Shown piece after piece: positions 12,780-23,216 of a stretch of DNA of 64,000 nt. Below the pieces are notes generated by a model. That model ran no database searches, was not told the DNA's origin, and worked only from the letters and a program-made list of their open reading frames with translations. Position numbers and translations under genes: made by a program. Source of the stretch: Pirellulales bacterium (GTDB taxonomy: Bacteria > Planctomycetota > Planctomycetia > Pirellulales > PALSA-1355); NCBI GenBank assembly GCA_963733035.1, contig CAVTBU010000007.1, forward strand, positions 416,001 to 480,000, in the 5' to 3' direction. Within the stretch, counting starts at the first letter, position 1, and every line of letters starts with the position of its first letter.

Positions 12780-13002
12780 TTGGTCTGGATATCTCTCTCG
12801 ATGCCACCGTCTGTATTACTACGCGACAGGGATCCAGCGCATTTTGCACCGTTCGTGATCGATTCCACCCGAACTGGTGAAGAGCCAAAGAGTTGGCACC
12901 TTTGCTGTTGCGCCTTCGCCCAACTATCGCACACCTCCACTAGCCTCGCAACCGCCCAGCCGCTGCTTAAGTGTAGGTTCACTGGTCAAGCAACCTCTTG
13001 GC
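12780..13002 (-). promoter_or_regulatory. Structured 5' leader of metH, candidate cis-regulatory RNA
   Basis: 12991-13002 pairs with 12884-12895 (11 of 12 positions); internal GGCGC/GTGCC helix with a GCAAC...GGTGCCAA SAM-I-P3-like element; further hairpins at 12863-12881 and 12785-12836. Confidence 0.35.
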
Positions 13003-13256
13003 CGCCTTGGGTTTGTCGCCAAACAAGAGCCCATTTCCACAACCCCGGTTCGCGCTGGTCGAAGCTGCCAGCAGACAGCGGTGGGAGCGCGGGTCCCGAC
13101 AGGTGTTTCCCAAGGCCCCTAACATCGCCATTTGCCGCACGCCGGAGAAGACTCAAGATCGCTACGATCGCGACCCGATACGAAGGACAGTCGCAAATCA
13201 TGCGCGCGCGGCACATCGTGCCGCGTCGCCAGTACTTCGCGTTCGTGTGGGAGACC

Positions 13257-14053
13257 ATGGTCGTGACACCAAACTCGGCTCATTCGCCGACGCACGTTGC
13301 CGGCGCCAACGACCCGAACCCAGCCGTTTTGAACGTTCGTCGTCCGGGCACATTGCGCGGCCCAATGCCGGACGAGCTGGACGATGACGCCGTACTGGCC
13401 ACTTTCGACAAACAAGAGCGAACCTTGCCACCCACGGTGATGCGATTGCCGCATCTGGCCACCGCTTCGCGACCGACGCCGTCGCGTCGCTATTCAATCC
13501 TGTCGATTGCCCACTGGGCGGCTTTGGTCTTGGGCGGAATGATCGCCCTATGGTTGATCTTCGGTGGACGCAGAAAGCCGATTGAAGAGTTCGACAAAAC
13601 ACCCGACGCAACGGCGCCGGCGCGAGCCGCTCACGACAAAGCATCCGATTGGAAGGCGCCGCCGCTGCCGTCGGCGGGCGACTCGCAGGCTCCCAAGTGG
13701 ACGCCGCCGCCGGTCCCGTCCGCCGGTGAGTCGCCAGCACCCCAGTGGACTCCCCCGGCGCCCGCCGCTTCAGAGCCAGCCGCCAGCGTCGCCGTTCCGC
13801 CTGTGGATGAACCCTCTCACGAAACACCGACGCACGAAGCGTGGCCGCAGGGTGGTGCAATCGACTCGCCCGCGGCCGAGCCCGAACTGCCGCCGAGCTA
13901 TGATGCCTCGCATCAACACGCGCCGACGGACTCTCCGTCGGGGCCGGCTCGCGCACGGCCAGTCGCGAGCCGCCACCAACGGATTACGACTCACCTTCTT
14001 CCGCTGCGGATGATGCTCAACCTCTAGGAATCACGGTGCCGGTACCGCAATGA
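13257..14053 (+). CDS. Pro/Ala-rich bitopic membrane protein (probable frameshift ~13970)
   Basis: TM helix WAALVLGGMIALWLIFGG; three W(K/T)xPP repeats; the alternative frame ends ...GITVPVPQ* overlapping the next ATG (ATGA 14050-14053). Confidence 0.55.
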
Positions 14054-15030
14054 CCACTTTCGACCGCGCTTTCATCAAAGCGTTTACCGACGCCCCGGTA
14101 CATCCGGCCGTGGGGCCGACCGAGGCCGTCACGCCGCCGCATGTCGCCCAGGTCCAGCCCGCCCGCGTCCGATTGGGCGGTTCGCCGGCCCGTGCTAGCG
14201 AAGTAGGGGAGTCCACGCGTCGCGAGAATCTGGTGCCGCCGCCGCGCCCCCTGTCGAGCTTCACCCCACAGCCGAAGCTACAGGACTCGTGTCGAGCCTT
14301 GCTGGAGGTCGACCGGTTCGCGTGGCCCACGGCCACGTTGGATCTTCTCGCGCGAGCCAGGACCGAGTGGGACCTGTTTGCCGAACAACTCATCGAGCGG
14401 ATGGCACAAGGTCAGAAATGTCTTGCCGTGGCGAGCACGGGTCGGGGTGACGGACGCACGACCGTGACCTTGGCACTCGCCAAACTGTTGGCCGAGCGTG
14501 GTCTGCGAACCGTGGCCGTGGACGCCGACTGCGACCATCCCACGTTAGTCAACGCTTGCGGCGTTTCGGTGCACACCGGCTGGGACGATCAGGTCAACAC
14601 CGAACTGGTTCCCGGCGAGTCGTTGATCGCGGCTGTCGAGGAAGGCGTCACGCTGATGCCCTGGCGTACGCCGGCTCCGAGCGGTCATTCGCTTCCGACG
14701 TCGCAACGGGCGGCGACGCTCTTTGCAACGTTGCGCGAGCATTACGATTTGACCGTGATCGACGCCCGGCCGCTAGTGGGCGAGACCGCCGTTGGCGACT
14801 TCGCGAATTTTGCCAAAGCCGCTCATGTCGACGCGTTGTACCTTGTGCACAACTTGAGCTTGCCTGACCGCGAGTCGCTAGCCGGGACTTGCGCCAAGCT
14901 GCGGCTGGCTGGGTTGCCGGTCGCCGGCGTCATTGAGAATTTTGTTTCGTCGCGGCCGCCCGTGCGTCCCGCATTTCCTGGTTCCTCCGCGCTGCCACGC
15001 CACCGGGCGCCGGCGCGACACGTCGAGTAA
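14050..15030 (+). CDS. CpsD/CapB (BY-kinase/MinD-like) P-loop protein with degenerate Walker A
   Basis: AVASTGRGDGRTT, VAVDADCDHP, LREHYDLTVIDARP, GVIENF. Confidence 0.75.
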   Translation: MTTFDRAFIKAFTDAPVHPAVGPTEAVTPPHVAQVQPARVRLGGSPARASEVGESTRRENLVPPPRPLSSFTPQPKLQDSCRALLEVDRFAWPTATLDLLARARTEWDLFAEQLIERMAQGQKCLAVASTGRGDGRTTVTLALAKLLAERGLRTVAVDADCDHPTLVNACGVSVHTGWDDQVNTELVPGESLIAAVEEGVTLMPWRTPAPSGHSLPTSQRAATLFATLREHYDLTVIDARPLVGETAVGDFANFAKAAHVDALYLVHNLSLPDRESLAGTCAKLRLAGLPVAGVIENFVSSRPPVRPAFPGSSALPRHRAPARHVE

Positions 15031-15044
15031 AGGTTGACCTGACG

Positions 15045-15866
15045 ATGTACGAGGCTTATTGGCAATTGCAATCGCGTCCGTTCGAGAACTGCACGGAGGC
15101 AAAGTTCTATTATCCCAGCGAAGTGCACCAGGGCGCGCTGCTCAAACTCCGCTACGCCGTCGAGAATCGCCGCGGCGCCGCGCTGTTGGCCGGTGCCGCC
15201 GGCGTCGGGAAGACGCTGTTGATCAATTCCTTGAAGCGTCAGGTGGGCGACGCCTGCCAGCCGTTCGTGCACATCGTGTTTCCGCAGATGTCCGTCAGCG
15301 AGCTTCTTAACTACCTGGCAGCGGAAATTGGCGCCCTGGCCAGCCCCACGGCCATCGCCACGACCGACGAGAGCGTTCGCCGCCTGCAAACGTTTCTGGA
15401 AGAAAACACCCGCCGTGGCCAGCATGCCGTAATCGCCATTGATGAAGCCCAATTGTTGCTGGAAACCGAGGCGCTCGAAACGTTGCGGCTGCTGTTGAAT
15501 TTCGAAATTCAATCGCAACCCGCCCTGACCATGATTCTCTCGGGTCAGCCTCAATTGTTGCCCGCATTGGAACGCCTGCCCGGTCTGGAAGCCCGGCTGG
15601 GCGTTAAGTGCCTGTTGCGGCCGCTCAACCTCGAAGAGACCATCAGCTATGTAAATCACCGCATGACGGCTGCGGGCGCAACGCACGAAATATTTACGCC
15701 CGAAGCACTAGCCACGCTGCACGAACTAACCGGCGGCAATCCTCGGAAGGTGAACCGTCTCTGTGATCTGGCTTTGCTTATCGGCTATGCCGAAGAGCAG
15801 GTGCGCATCAACGCGCCTCAAATCGAGACCGTCTGCAACGAGTTGGTCACCGTCTCGCCGGAATAG
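15045..15866 (+). CDS. ExeA-like AAA ATPase
   Basis: MYEAYWQLQSRPF, GAAGVGKT, IAIDEAQ, ILSGQPQL, TGGNPRKVNRLCDLAL. Confidence 0.9.
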   Translation: MYEAYWQLQSRPFENCTEAKFYYPSEVHQGALLKLRYAVENRRGAALLAGAAGVGKTLLINSLKRQVGDACQPFVHIVFPQMSVSELLNYLAAEIGALASPTAIATTDESVRRLQTFLEENTRRGQHAVIAIDEAQLLLETEALETLRLLLNFEIQSQPALTMILSGQPQLLPALERLPGLEARLGVKCLLRPLNLEETISYVNHRMTAAGATHEIFTPEALATLHELTGGNPRKVNRLCDLALLIGYAEEQVRINAPQIETVCNELVTVSPE

Positions 15867-15908
15867 TTGCCGCGTCGCAAGGCCCCTCGGCATGGTAAAA
15901 TCGTCGCC

Positions 15909-17479
15909 GTGAATGGGCCATCTCCAGTGCGCGATCTTCTCGTCTCCGCCGCCGTGGCCTTGCTGTGCGCCCTGTTGCTGCTCGCCACCTCGTCACGGCT
16001 GCCCATCGTGTGGGACGAAGGGGACACGATCGTTCGAGCCGAAAGCCTGCGCGACCTGGCCGATTGGCGGCAAGTGGGTGCGTGGCCCTACACGATCGTC
16101 CGCGAAGGACACCCGCCGCTTGTCGGATTGCTCGTGGCCGGCGGCGAGCGGCTAGCGCCAGGTGGCCTCGATCCGCTCACCCGCGACCGGTTCGGTCCGA
16201 TCCTGCTGTTCTCGCTGGCGGCCGGGGCGATGTTCTATCGACTCAAGCGAGACTACGGCCTGTGGATCGTTGGCATCGTCGCCATTGGTGTCTTGATGAC
16301 GATGCCCCGCATGTTTGCCCACGCGCACTTCGCCACGCTCGACGCACCGCTGACGGCGTGCTGGGTACTCGCCTGGGCGACGTTCGCACCGGCGCGGCGA
16401 AATTGGGCCTGGACGCCGCTGTTCGCCCTGGCGCTCGGCCTGACGCTGGCGGCCAAGTTTACCGGCTGGCTGGCCCCCCTCCCCTTTATCGCCTGGACAG
16501 TGTTGTATCGCGACCGCGGTGGACTGCGGGCGCTGGCCGTCGGCGTGCCGCTGGCGGTAATGGTGTTCGTGGCCCTCAACCCGCCGCTGTGGAGCCAACC
16601 GGTGGAAGGTCTGCGTACGTTCTTTGAGCTGAATTTGAACCGCGGAGAGAATCCAGGACTGAATATCACCACGCAGTTCTTCGGCCGGCTATACGACCTC
16701 GACCACCCGTTGCCCGCGTACAACACGATCGTGTGGACGCTGATCGTCGTTTCGCCAATGTCGCTGCTGCTTGCGGGAGTCGGCGTCGTGGCCACGATCC
16801 GCCGTTGGCGAACGGATCCGGTCTCCACGCTGTTGGTGTTTCCGTGGCTGACGTTGCTCGTCGTGCGAGCCCTCCCTTGGGCTCCGCCACACGACGGGGT
16901 CCGCCTGTTTCTGCCCAGCTTTGCATTCCTGGCGGCGCTGGCCGGCGTGGGCGCTGGCCGAGCGCTTTATCGCGAGACACTATTCGGTCCGAACAGAATC
17001 GTGGCCCAGGGTTGGGCCAAAGTGGCCATTGGCATTGCTTTGGTGATGGGAACCGTCGATGCCGTGGCCTACTTTCCGCATGGCCTCTCGTTTTACAACC
17101 GGCTGATTGGCGGGCTCGCGGGGCGACCGCTCTGGGAATGGAACCAACGTACTATTGGGACGCTCTCGACCGCGAGACCTTGAGCTGGCTCGCCGAACAC
17201 ACGGCCCGCGACGAGAAGATTGCCTTCGCTAGTGCGCCGCCCAAGAACTTGGAGCTCCTCAAGCGTTGGGGAGCGCTCAGGCACACGCCGAGCGACCCTG
17301 GCCGGTTTCGCTGGTACGTCGTACAACGCCGTCCGAGCGGACTGCAGCCAGCCGACCAGTGGCTCATCGAGCACGTTGAGCCGGCCTACGAGCGAACGTT
17401 CTCCGGCGTGCCGCTATTGGACGTCTATGATTACGAGCAGTTCGAACACGCGCTGGCAGCGACTCACACGGTGCGCTGA
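15909..17479 (+). CDS. GT-C glycosyltransferase, ArnT/PMT (GT39/83)-like (frameshift ~17118)
   Basis: WDE motif, EGHPPL, HAHFATLD, AAKFTG, many TM helices; C-terminus (GMEPTYYWD...) continues in another frame. Confidence 0.8.
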
Positions 17480-17484
17480 GCGGC

Positions 17485-18708
17485 TCAGGCCAACTTGGCC
17501 ATCGTGGCGTACAGATCCAGGTCGGCGCGATCGCCGATGATGGCGAAGACCCGCTGAATTTGTCGAAGGCCGTCCGCAATCACGAATCGCCCGTTGCGGC
17601 CGCCGCTCTTGGCGCCTAGCACGTAGAAATCGACCTCACGGCACACGACGTCGCCAGGCTCCATCGTCTCGACCGCTCCCGTGCGCGGGCAGCAGCCCAG
17701 TTGCAACTCCTCATAGAGCCTCGCGTCGACGCGGTAACCGACGTTGGCAATCACCCGATCGAATTCCGATTCACTTGGTTCGTTCGTTTGTGCGCCTCCC
17801 AGCCGCACCGCGAAGCGGCCCAAATCGGGATGCCAGGTGAGCGATTCAACCGTTGTGTCGGACAAATGCGTGACGTGATTGGCATCGTCCGACGCCAGTC
17901 GTCGCGCTTGTTCGTGAATCCGTCGCCGAGTTGCCTGAACGTCGTCCGACGATCGGCCATTCGAGTCGGAAATTGACGATCGCGTCGCCCAGGTGATCCA
18001 AGTATCGGGCGCCTGCGAAGCCAAATCCGCCAGTGCCACGAGCGTCGTGACGGCCGAATCTCCGTCCCCCACGAGCAGAATATTGCGGCCGGCATAGCGC
18101 TCGCGGTCGGCCCCGAGTACGTCGGGCAGCCCATATTCCACGTGCGTTGCGGCGACAAGTTCGCCCGCGGCCGGCAGGCCGTCCGGCCCCAGCCAATGGT
18201 GACGCCCATAGGTGCCCGTTGTATCGAGGACCGCCTGGGCGGTGGCAAATCGTTCGTGTGCGTGGCCGCTCGGGTCGGTCGTGCGGAGCAGCAGGCGAAA
18301 GTCGCTGTCGGCACGCTCCTCGCTGTCCGCCCCTTCCCCCTTGAGCCATCCCTCTCGACCGACCGCCAGCACTTCGGTGCCCGGGTGCAAACTGTCGATG
18401 AGTAAATCGGACTGGGCCAACGGCAACAGATAGCGCCTGCGGTAGTCTCGGCCGGTGAGCAGCGCATCGTCGTCGGGCGGTTGCCAGTTCGGGTCCTGGG
18501 CCTTAAGTGCCGCCATGCCCAACGGCGAACGATTCTGGCCGAACGGCGTAAACATCTGCACGTGGCCCCACTGCTCGACGTGTTCGGCCACCTGGCTACG
18601 CTCGTAAACGTCGACGTCGTAACCGAGGTAGCGAGCGTATAACGCCGCCTCGAGTCCAATCGGGCCCGCCCCCAGAACAGCGATCCGTGCCGGAGTGTCA
18701 ATCGCCAT
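17485..18708 (-). CDS. FAD/NAD(P)-dependent oxidoreductase
   Basis: IAVLGAGPIGLEAA, VLDTTGTY, LLVGDGDSA, VIANVGY. Confidence 0.85.
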   Translation of the reverse strand: MAIDTPARIAVLGAGPIGLEAALYARYLGYDVDVYERSQVAEHVEQWGHVQMFTPFGQNRSPLGMAALKAQDPNWQPPDDDALLTGRDYRRRYLLPLAQSDLLIDSLHPGTEVLAVGREGWLKGEGADSEERADSDFRLLLRTTDPSGHAHERFATAQAVLDTTGTYGRHHWLGPDGLPAAGELVAATHVEYGLPDVLGADRERYAGRNILLVGDGDSAVTTLVALADLASQAPDTWITWATRSSISDSNGRSSDDVQATRRRIHEQARRLASDDANHVTHLSDTTVESLTWHPDLGRFAVRLGGAQTNEPSESEFDRVIANVGYRVDARLYEELQLGCCPRTGAVETMEPGDVVCREVDFYVLGAKSGGRNGRFVIADGLRQIQRVFAIIGDRADLDLYATMAKLA

Positions 18709-18719
18709 GCTGCTGGCTC

Positions 18720-19874
18720 TCAGGATACCGTCGTCTCATGGCGCGGCCGATTCGCCACCGATGCGGTGGGCGACTGCCGATCCAGTCGAAACGGCGTGAG
18801 GTCCACATCGGTTTGTTCACCGGCCATCAACTGATTCATTACCACGGCCGTCCCGGTCGAGAGTTGCAGGCCGCCACGGAAATGGCCGGCGGCGACCCAG
18901 GCATTTTCCAGTTCCGGCACGCTTCCCAGGTAGGGTATGCCGTCGAGGGTTGCCGGCCGCAAACCGGCCCAGGAACGTTCTAGCTGCGCGGCCGACAAGT
19001 CCGGCACCAGGCTCAATGCAAACCGCACTAGTTCGCCGATCGAACCGGCCGTGGTCGCGCGATCAAAGCCCGCGTCCTCTTCCGTCGAACCCACCAACAC
19101 GCGTCCGTCGGGCCGGGGCACCAAATAGCGTTTTCCCTCGTTCACGATGCGCGAAAAGAGCGGCCGATTCTGCGACAGCAGGGCAATTTGTCCACGGATC
19201 GGCTTGATCGCCAACTGCACCCCCAATTTGCGCGCCACGGCGCCGGTCCACGCACCCGTTGTGACGCAGAACGCTCTGGCTGAATATTTTCCGGCGGTGG
19301 TCCGCACGGCGGTAATCCGCTCGCCGCGAATCTCAAAATCTTCAGCCGCTACGCCCGGGCATACTTCGACGTCCCGTTGCGCACAGCCCACCAGCAGCGC
19401 CTTCAAATGACGAGGATTGCGAATCTGGTGTTCGTCCGCCACCAGATACGCCCCTGCGATTACGCCGCTGGGACGCAACGCCGGCTCGGCCTGCTGCAAT
19501 GCACCGCCGGAGAGCGGCTCGGCCGCAATCTTGCGCGTGGCCGCCCAACTGCCAAGTTGCCGCAGGTGCTCGATCTCGCGCGCCTCGCGGGCCAAATAAA
19601 TCGCGCCGCAGCGGCGATAGCCGTTGTCGATGCCGGTACTGTCCCGTAGCTGTTCTGCCCAAGTGGCATGCAGGTGGTTGCTCAAGGCAACGAGCTGTTC
19701 GAGCGGATCGAGGTTACCTTCGCCAGCCGGTGGCAAAATGCCCGCACCGGCCCACGAGGCTTCGCGCCCTGGCTGAGTCGCATCGATCACGCGCACGCTT
19801 TGGCCTCGTCCGGCCGCTTCGTACGCGATCGAGAGCCCAACGACGCCTCCGCCGATCACTAGCAAGTCTGCCAT
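18720..19874 (-). CDS. thiO: Glycine oxidase ThiO-like
   Basis: VIGGGVVG, ASWAGAGIL, PIRGQI, YLVPRPDG, WAGLRP, GHFRGG. Confidence 0.8.
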   Translation of the reverse strand: MADLLVIGGGVVGLSIAYEAAGRGQSVRVIDATQPGREASWAGAGILPPAGEGNLDPLEQLVALSNHLHATWAEQLRDSTGIDNGYRRCGAIYLAREAREIEHLRQLGSWAATRKIAAEPLSGGALQQAEPALRPSGVIAGAYLVADEHQIRNPRHLKALLVGCAQRDVEVCPGVAAEDFEIRGERITAVRTTAGKYSARAFCVTTGAWTGAVARKLGVQLAIKPIRGQIALLSQNRPLFSRIVNEGKRYLVPRPDGRVLVGSTEEDAGFDRATTAGSIGELVRFALSLVPDLSAAQLERSWAGLRPATLDGIPYLGSVPELENAWVAAGHFRGGLQLSTGTAVVMNQLMAGEQTDVDLTPFRLDRQSPTASVANRPRHETTVS

Positions 19875-19971
19875 CGGATCCCCTGAAAATCGCCTTACGG
19901 CGGTCCGCTGTTTTAAGAACGCCCGCCATTGTATCGCCGGCTGTCACAATGGACGAGCAGGCGGCCGCGAA

Positions 19972-20208
19972 TCAATGCGACGCGCCGCTCTGGAGAATCC
20001 TCCGCAACAGCAATTCATCGATTCGGCCGCGGAATCGCTCCTTGCCGTCGATGACCACCACCGGCACGCATTCGTCGTACCTCTCTCGAAGCGCCGGGTC
20101 CGCATCGATATCCAATACCTCGAATTTCAGTTGATGCCGCACGAGCACCTCGGCCGCCACATCGCAGAGATGGCACGCCTGGCGGGAGTAAAGCACAATT
20201 TCGGGCAT
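19972..20208 (-). CDS. Glutaredoxin-like protein (DUF836)
   Basis: LYSRQACHLCD...DIDADPALRERY..CVPVV. Confidence 0.85.
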   Translation of the reverse strand: MPEIVLYSRQACHLCDVAAEVLVRHQLKFEVLDIDADPALRERYDECVPVVVIDGKERFRGRIDELLLRRILQSGASH

Positions 20209-20552
20209 AAAGTTCTCCATCAAGACGCCTGGCCTCCCCGCCGTTGGAGTGGGGAAATTCGGGGCCGCCGGGCCAAATTCACCGATTTCGGTGCTCCGGG
20301 CGGGGCGACAACTTTGCGACAATTGCCGCTCGGGACTATCCTCACAATGGAGCGTCGCCATGAAGTGCGCCGTCCCCACGAGCGGCTCGGGTGGCAAGTC
20401 AAGCGTCGTTCGGTTCGTTAAAGTTCCTGTTGGTTTAGAGAGCGTTCGAAACTATTCTAACCCGCGCCGACCGGCTCCGTCTTGCGGTGATTTGGCGTGG
20501 GTCGAGTCGCACACGCGAGAAGGCGACGAGGATACACGTCCTCGGCTTCATC

Positions 20553-22065
20553 ATGGGTAAGCTCGCCGTCGACAGGTTTCTGGCGCTCGTCGGACGTAGC
20601 GGTCTGGTGGAACCAGATCGGCTCAATGCCCTGATCGAACAGTGGAAAAGTCAGGCGACCGTCGAACAACTCGACGACGCGGTGGACTGCGGCGCTTTTC
20701 TTGTCCGCGTTGGCGCACTGACCGCTTGGCAGTGCCACAAGCTGCTCGACGGCCGACATCGCGGCTTCATGCTTGGCAACTACAAGCTGCTCGATCACCT
20801 GGGCAGCGGCGGCATGAGCAACGTCTACTTGGCCCAGCACGTGCTCATGCAGCGGCTCGTGGCCATCAAAGTCCTGCCCGAGAATCTCGTGGGCGACTCC
20901 TCGTATCTGGCAAGGTTTCACTTCGAGGGTCAAGCCGTGGCGGCGCTCGACCATCCGAACATCGTGCGTGCCTACGATCTGGGAAGCGAGGGCAAGATAC
21001 ACTACTTGGTGATGGAATACGTCGATGGCAGCGACTTGGAAGCCCTCGTCGAACGCGGCGGTCCACTCCCCTATCACACGGCTGCCCGTTACATCCTGCA
21101 AGCGGCCGAGGGATTGGAACACGCACACCGATCGGGTCTGGTGCATCGCGACATCAAGCCCGCGAACCTGCTGGTCGACCGACAAGGCACGGTTAAAGTG
21201 CTCGATATGGGCCTGGCCCGCTTCAAGGCCGAAGTTCGGCCCGTGCCCGAGTTTGCGCGCGACGAGCAGGTGCTGGGAACCGCCGCTTATTTTGCCCCGG
21301 AACAGGCCGTCAACAGTCAAACAGCGGATGCCCGGGCCGACATCTACGGCCTCGGTTGCACGCTGTATTTCCTGTTGACCGGGCACCCGCCATTTCGCGG
21401 CGAATCGGCGATGGAACTGATGACGGCGCACCATCGACAAACCGCGCCGAGCATTCAAGCCGAACGCCCTGACGCACCGCCGGCGTTGGTGGCAATTTGC
21501 CAAAAGATGATGGAGAAGACGCCCGAGCAGCGTTTTCAATCGGCTCAAGAGCTTGCCGACCAGCTTGCCCAGTGGCTCGACGCCGAGCGTGATGCGGGCA
21601 GGCTGTCGCGCGAATCTGGCGAAGAGACAGCCGGCGCCCCCGCCCATTCTTGGGGCGACACGGATCACAACCTTCAAGACACGGCGCGCATCGAACGGCT
21701 GGCCCGTCAAGCGGCCCCACGGTCCGACGTATTCTCCGGCAGCAGTCCCGGGACGGCGCGGCGCGAGCCGGAAAACGAATCGGACGTGATTGTGCCTCCG
21801 CCGCCTCCAACACCGCCGGCCGTTCCCCCCGCGCAACGCGCATGTCGCCGCGATTCCAACGGTGCAACCGGTTGTGTCAGTGCCGCTTGAACCACCGCGC
21901 GCCGTCGCGACCGAGGCGATTGTGCGCGACGTCGTGACGCCGCGAGTCAGCGCGTCGCGCGCGATGATTAAGCGCTCGCGCGGCGGACAATTCTGGCCGG
22001 CAATTTTTCTAGCCGCGCTCGTGCTGGGAACGATTCTTTTCGCCTTGTTCGCGCTCGGACAGTAG
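20553..22065 (+). CDS. Hanks-type Ser/Thr protein kinase with C-terminal TM helix (frameshift ~21830)
   Basis: LGSGGMSNVY, VAIK, HRDIKPAN, DMGLAR, APEQ, DIYGLG; the TM tail FWPAIFLAALVLG is in another frame after a C-run. Confidence 0.9.
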
Positions 22066-22175
22066 CGCGGCCTGCGGCCCAATTGAATTCCCTCACGAGA
22101 GGGGGTATCGCATGGGCGAAAATGCACGCCGTCAAGACCCCCATCTGGCGAAAAAAACGACCCCAGTGGATAATT

Positions 22176-22200
22176 GTAAGTCATTATGTATAAGCCACTT
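22176..22200. promoter_or_regulatory. AT-rich inverted repeat TAAGT-N15-ACTTA, possible DNA-binding protein site
   Basis: taagtcattatgtataagccactta lies in an AT-rich patch upstream of the gene at 22392. Confidence 0.3.
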
Positions 22201-22391
22201 AAGAAAGTAGATTGCATTTCGTCCGAAGTCGCACGTAGGATAGGTATAGTCGGTTTGTCGACCGGCTTTCCAAGGGAGCTTCCGGGCGTCAAACCGGAGG
22301 GCTTGCAGCAGGCAAATCGCGCCTCGATTTACTTCAAAGGATTGACTCGTGCTGCCACAAATGATGCCTTTGTTTTTTCGTCCGCCCTGCC

Positions 22392-23114
22392 ATGCAACGT
22401 CGCGAACACAATTCGAAAGGACGGTTTCTCAAGCCGCAGTTTTCGAACTCGGTGGCGTGGGGCAAATCGCGCCGTCGCGGCGGTCAGGCACATAAACGAT
22501 CTCGCAGTCTCAAACGCAACTTGAAGTTGCCATTTGTACCCCCCGAAGACTGGCACGAACCGCGTGAAGATGGCGAAGGTTATCGCATTATCGTGCAGCC
22601 ACCGGGCAACGGTTATCGGCACGTCTTGACCCCCGATGACGTCCGCCGCCGACTGTCCGAGTTCCCAAGTTGGATGCTCGAAGAGCTCGAGGTAATTCAA
22701 TTTAGCCGGATGACGCGCAAGAAGCAGAGCTTCCCCTGCTACGGCATGCAATGGGGCTCGAGCCTGTATCTTTACCCAATCGAAGTCGGTTTGGTCGAGT
22801 ACTACAATTGCCCGCCCACGCCGGCGCAGGTCAACGAGGCCCGCATGTACGGCGGCGAATGGTCGGAAACGTCGCCCGGCGTGTGGGGGTTACGGTGGAC
22901 CGAGGAGTCGCTCCGCGACTTCTACCTCAATAACATCCTCATCCACGAATTGGGACACTTGGTCGACAGCCGCAACACGGGTTACGTGGCTCGCGAGCGG
23001 TATGCCGAATGGTTTGCCGTGGAATACGGCTACAAGCGAAGTCAAGCCAGTCGACCGCCCAAAAAGATCACGCGCCGGCATCATGCCACGGGCTCCAGGC
23101 GCCGACGTGCCTAG
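22392..23114 (+). CDS. Hypothetical zincin-like metallopeptidase-fold protein
   Basis: LIHELGH followed by ERYAEWFA; basic N- and C-terminal tails. Confidence 0.65.
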   Translation: MQRREHNSKGRFLKPQFSNSVAWGKSRRRGGQAHKRSRSLKRNLKLPFVPPEDWHEPREDGEGYRIIVQPPGNGYRHVLTPDDVRRRLSEFPSWMLEELEVIQFSRMTRKKQSFPCYGMQWGSSLYLYPIEVGLVEYYNCPPTPAQVNEARMYGGEWSETSPGVWGLRWTEESLRDFYLNNILIHELGHLVDSRNTGYVARERYAEWFAVEYGYKRSQASRPPKKITRRHHATGSRRRRA

Positions 23115-23216
23115 CCGTTCGCCCGCAGGCCGCTCGTTCAGGTCGCTCCGGGCTGCCGCTCGTCTTATAATTAGACTACTCGCCAGTCCTTCCCGCGCAA
23201 AACAGTAGAGGCATCG

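Noticed and set aside
12789..12810. 6S RNA end-like sequence (CGGTGGCATCGAGAGAGATAT on the minus strand)
   Set aside because: No complementary partner was found ~180 nt away to close the long rod.
12812..12843. Met-sensing leader peptide for metH
   Set aside because: The only short uORF seen (MRWIPVA) has no internal Met codons and no RBS.
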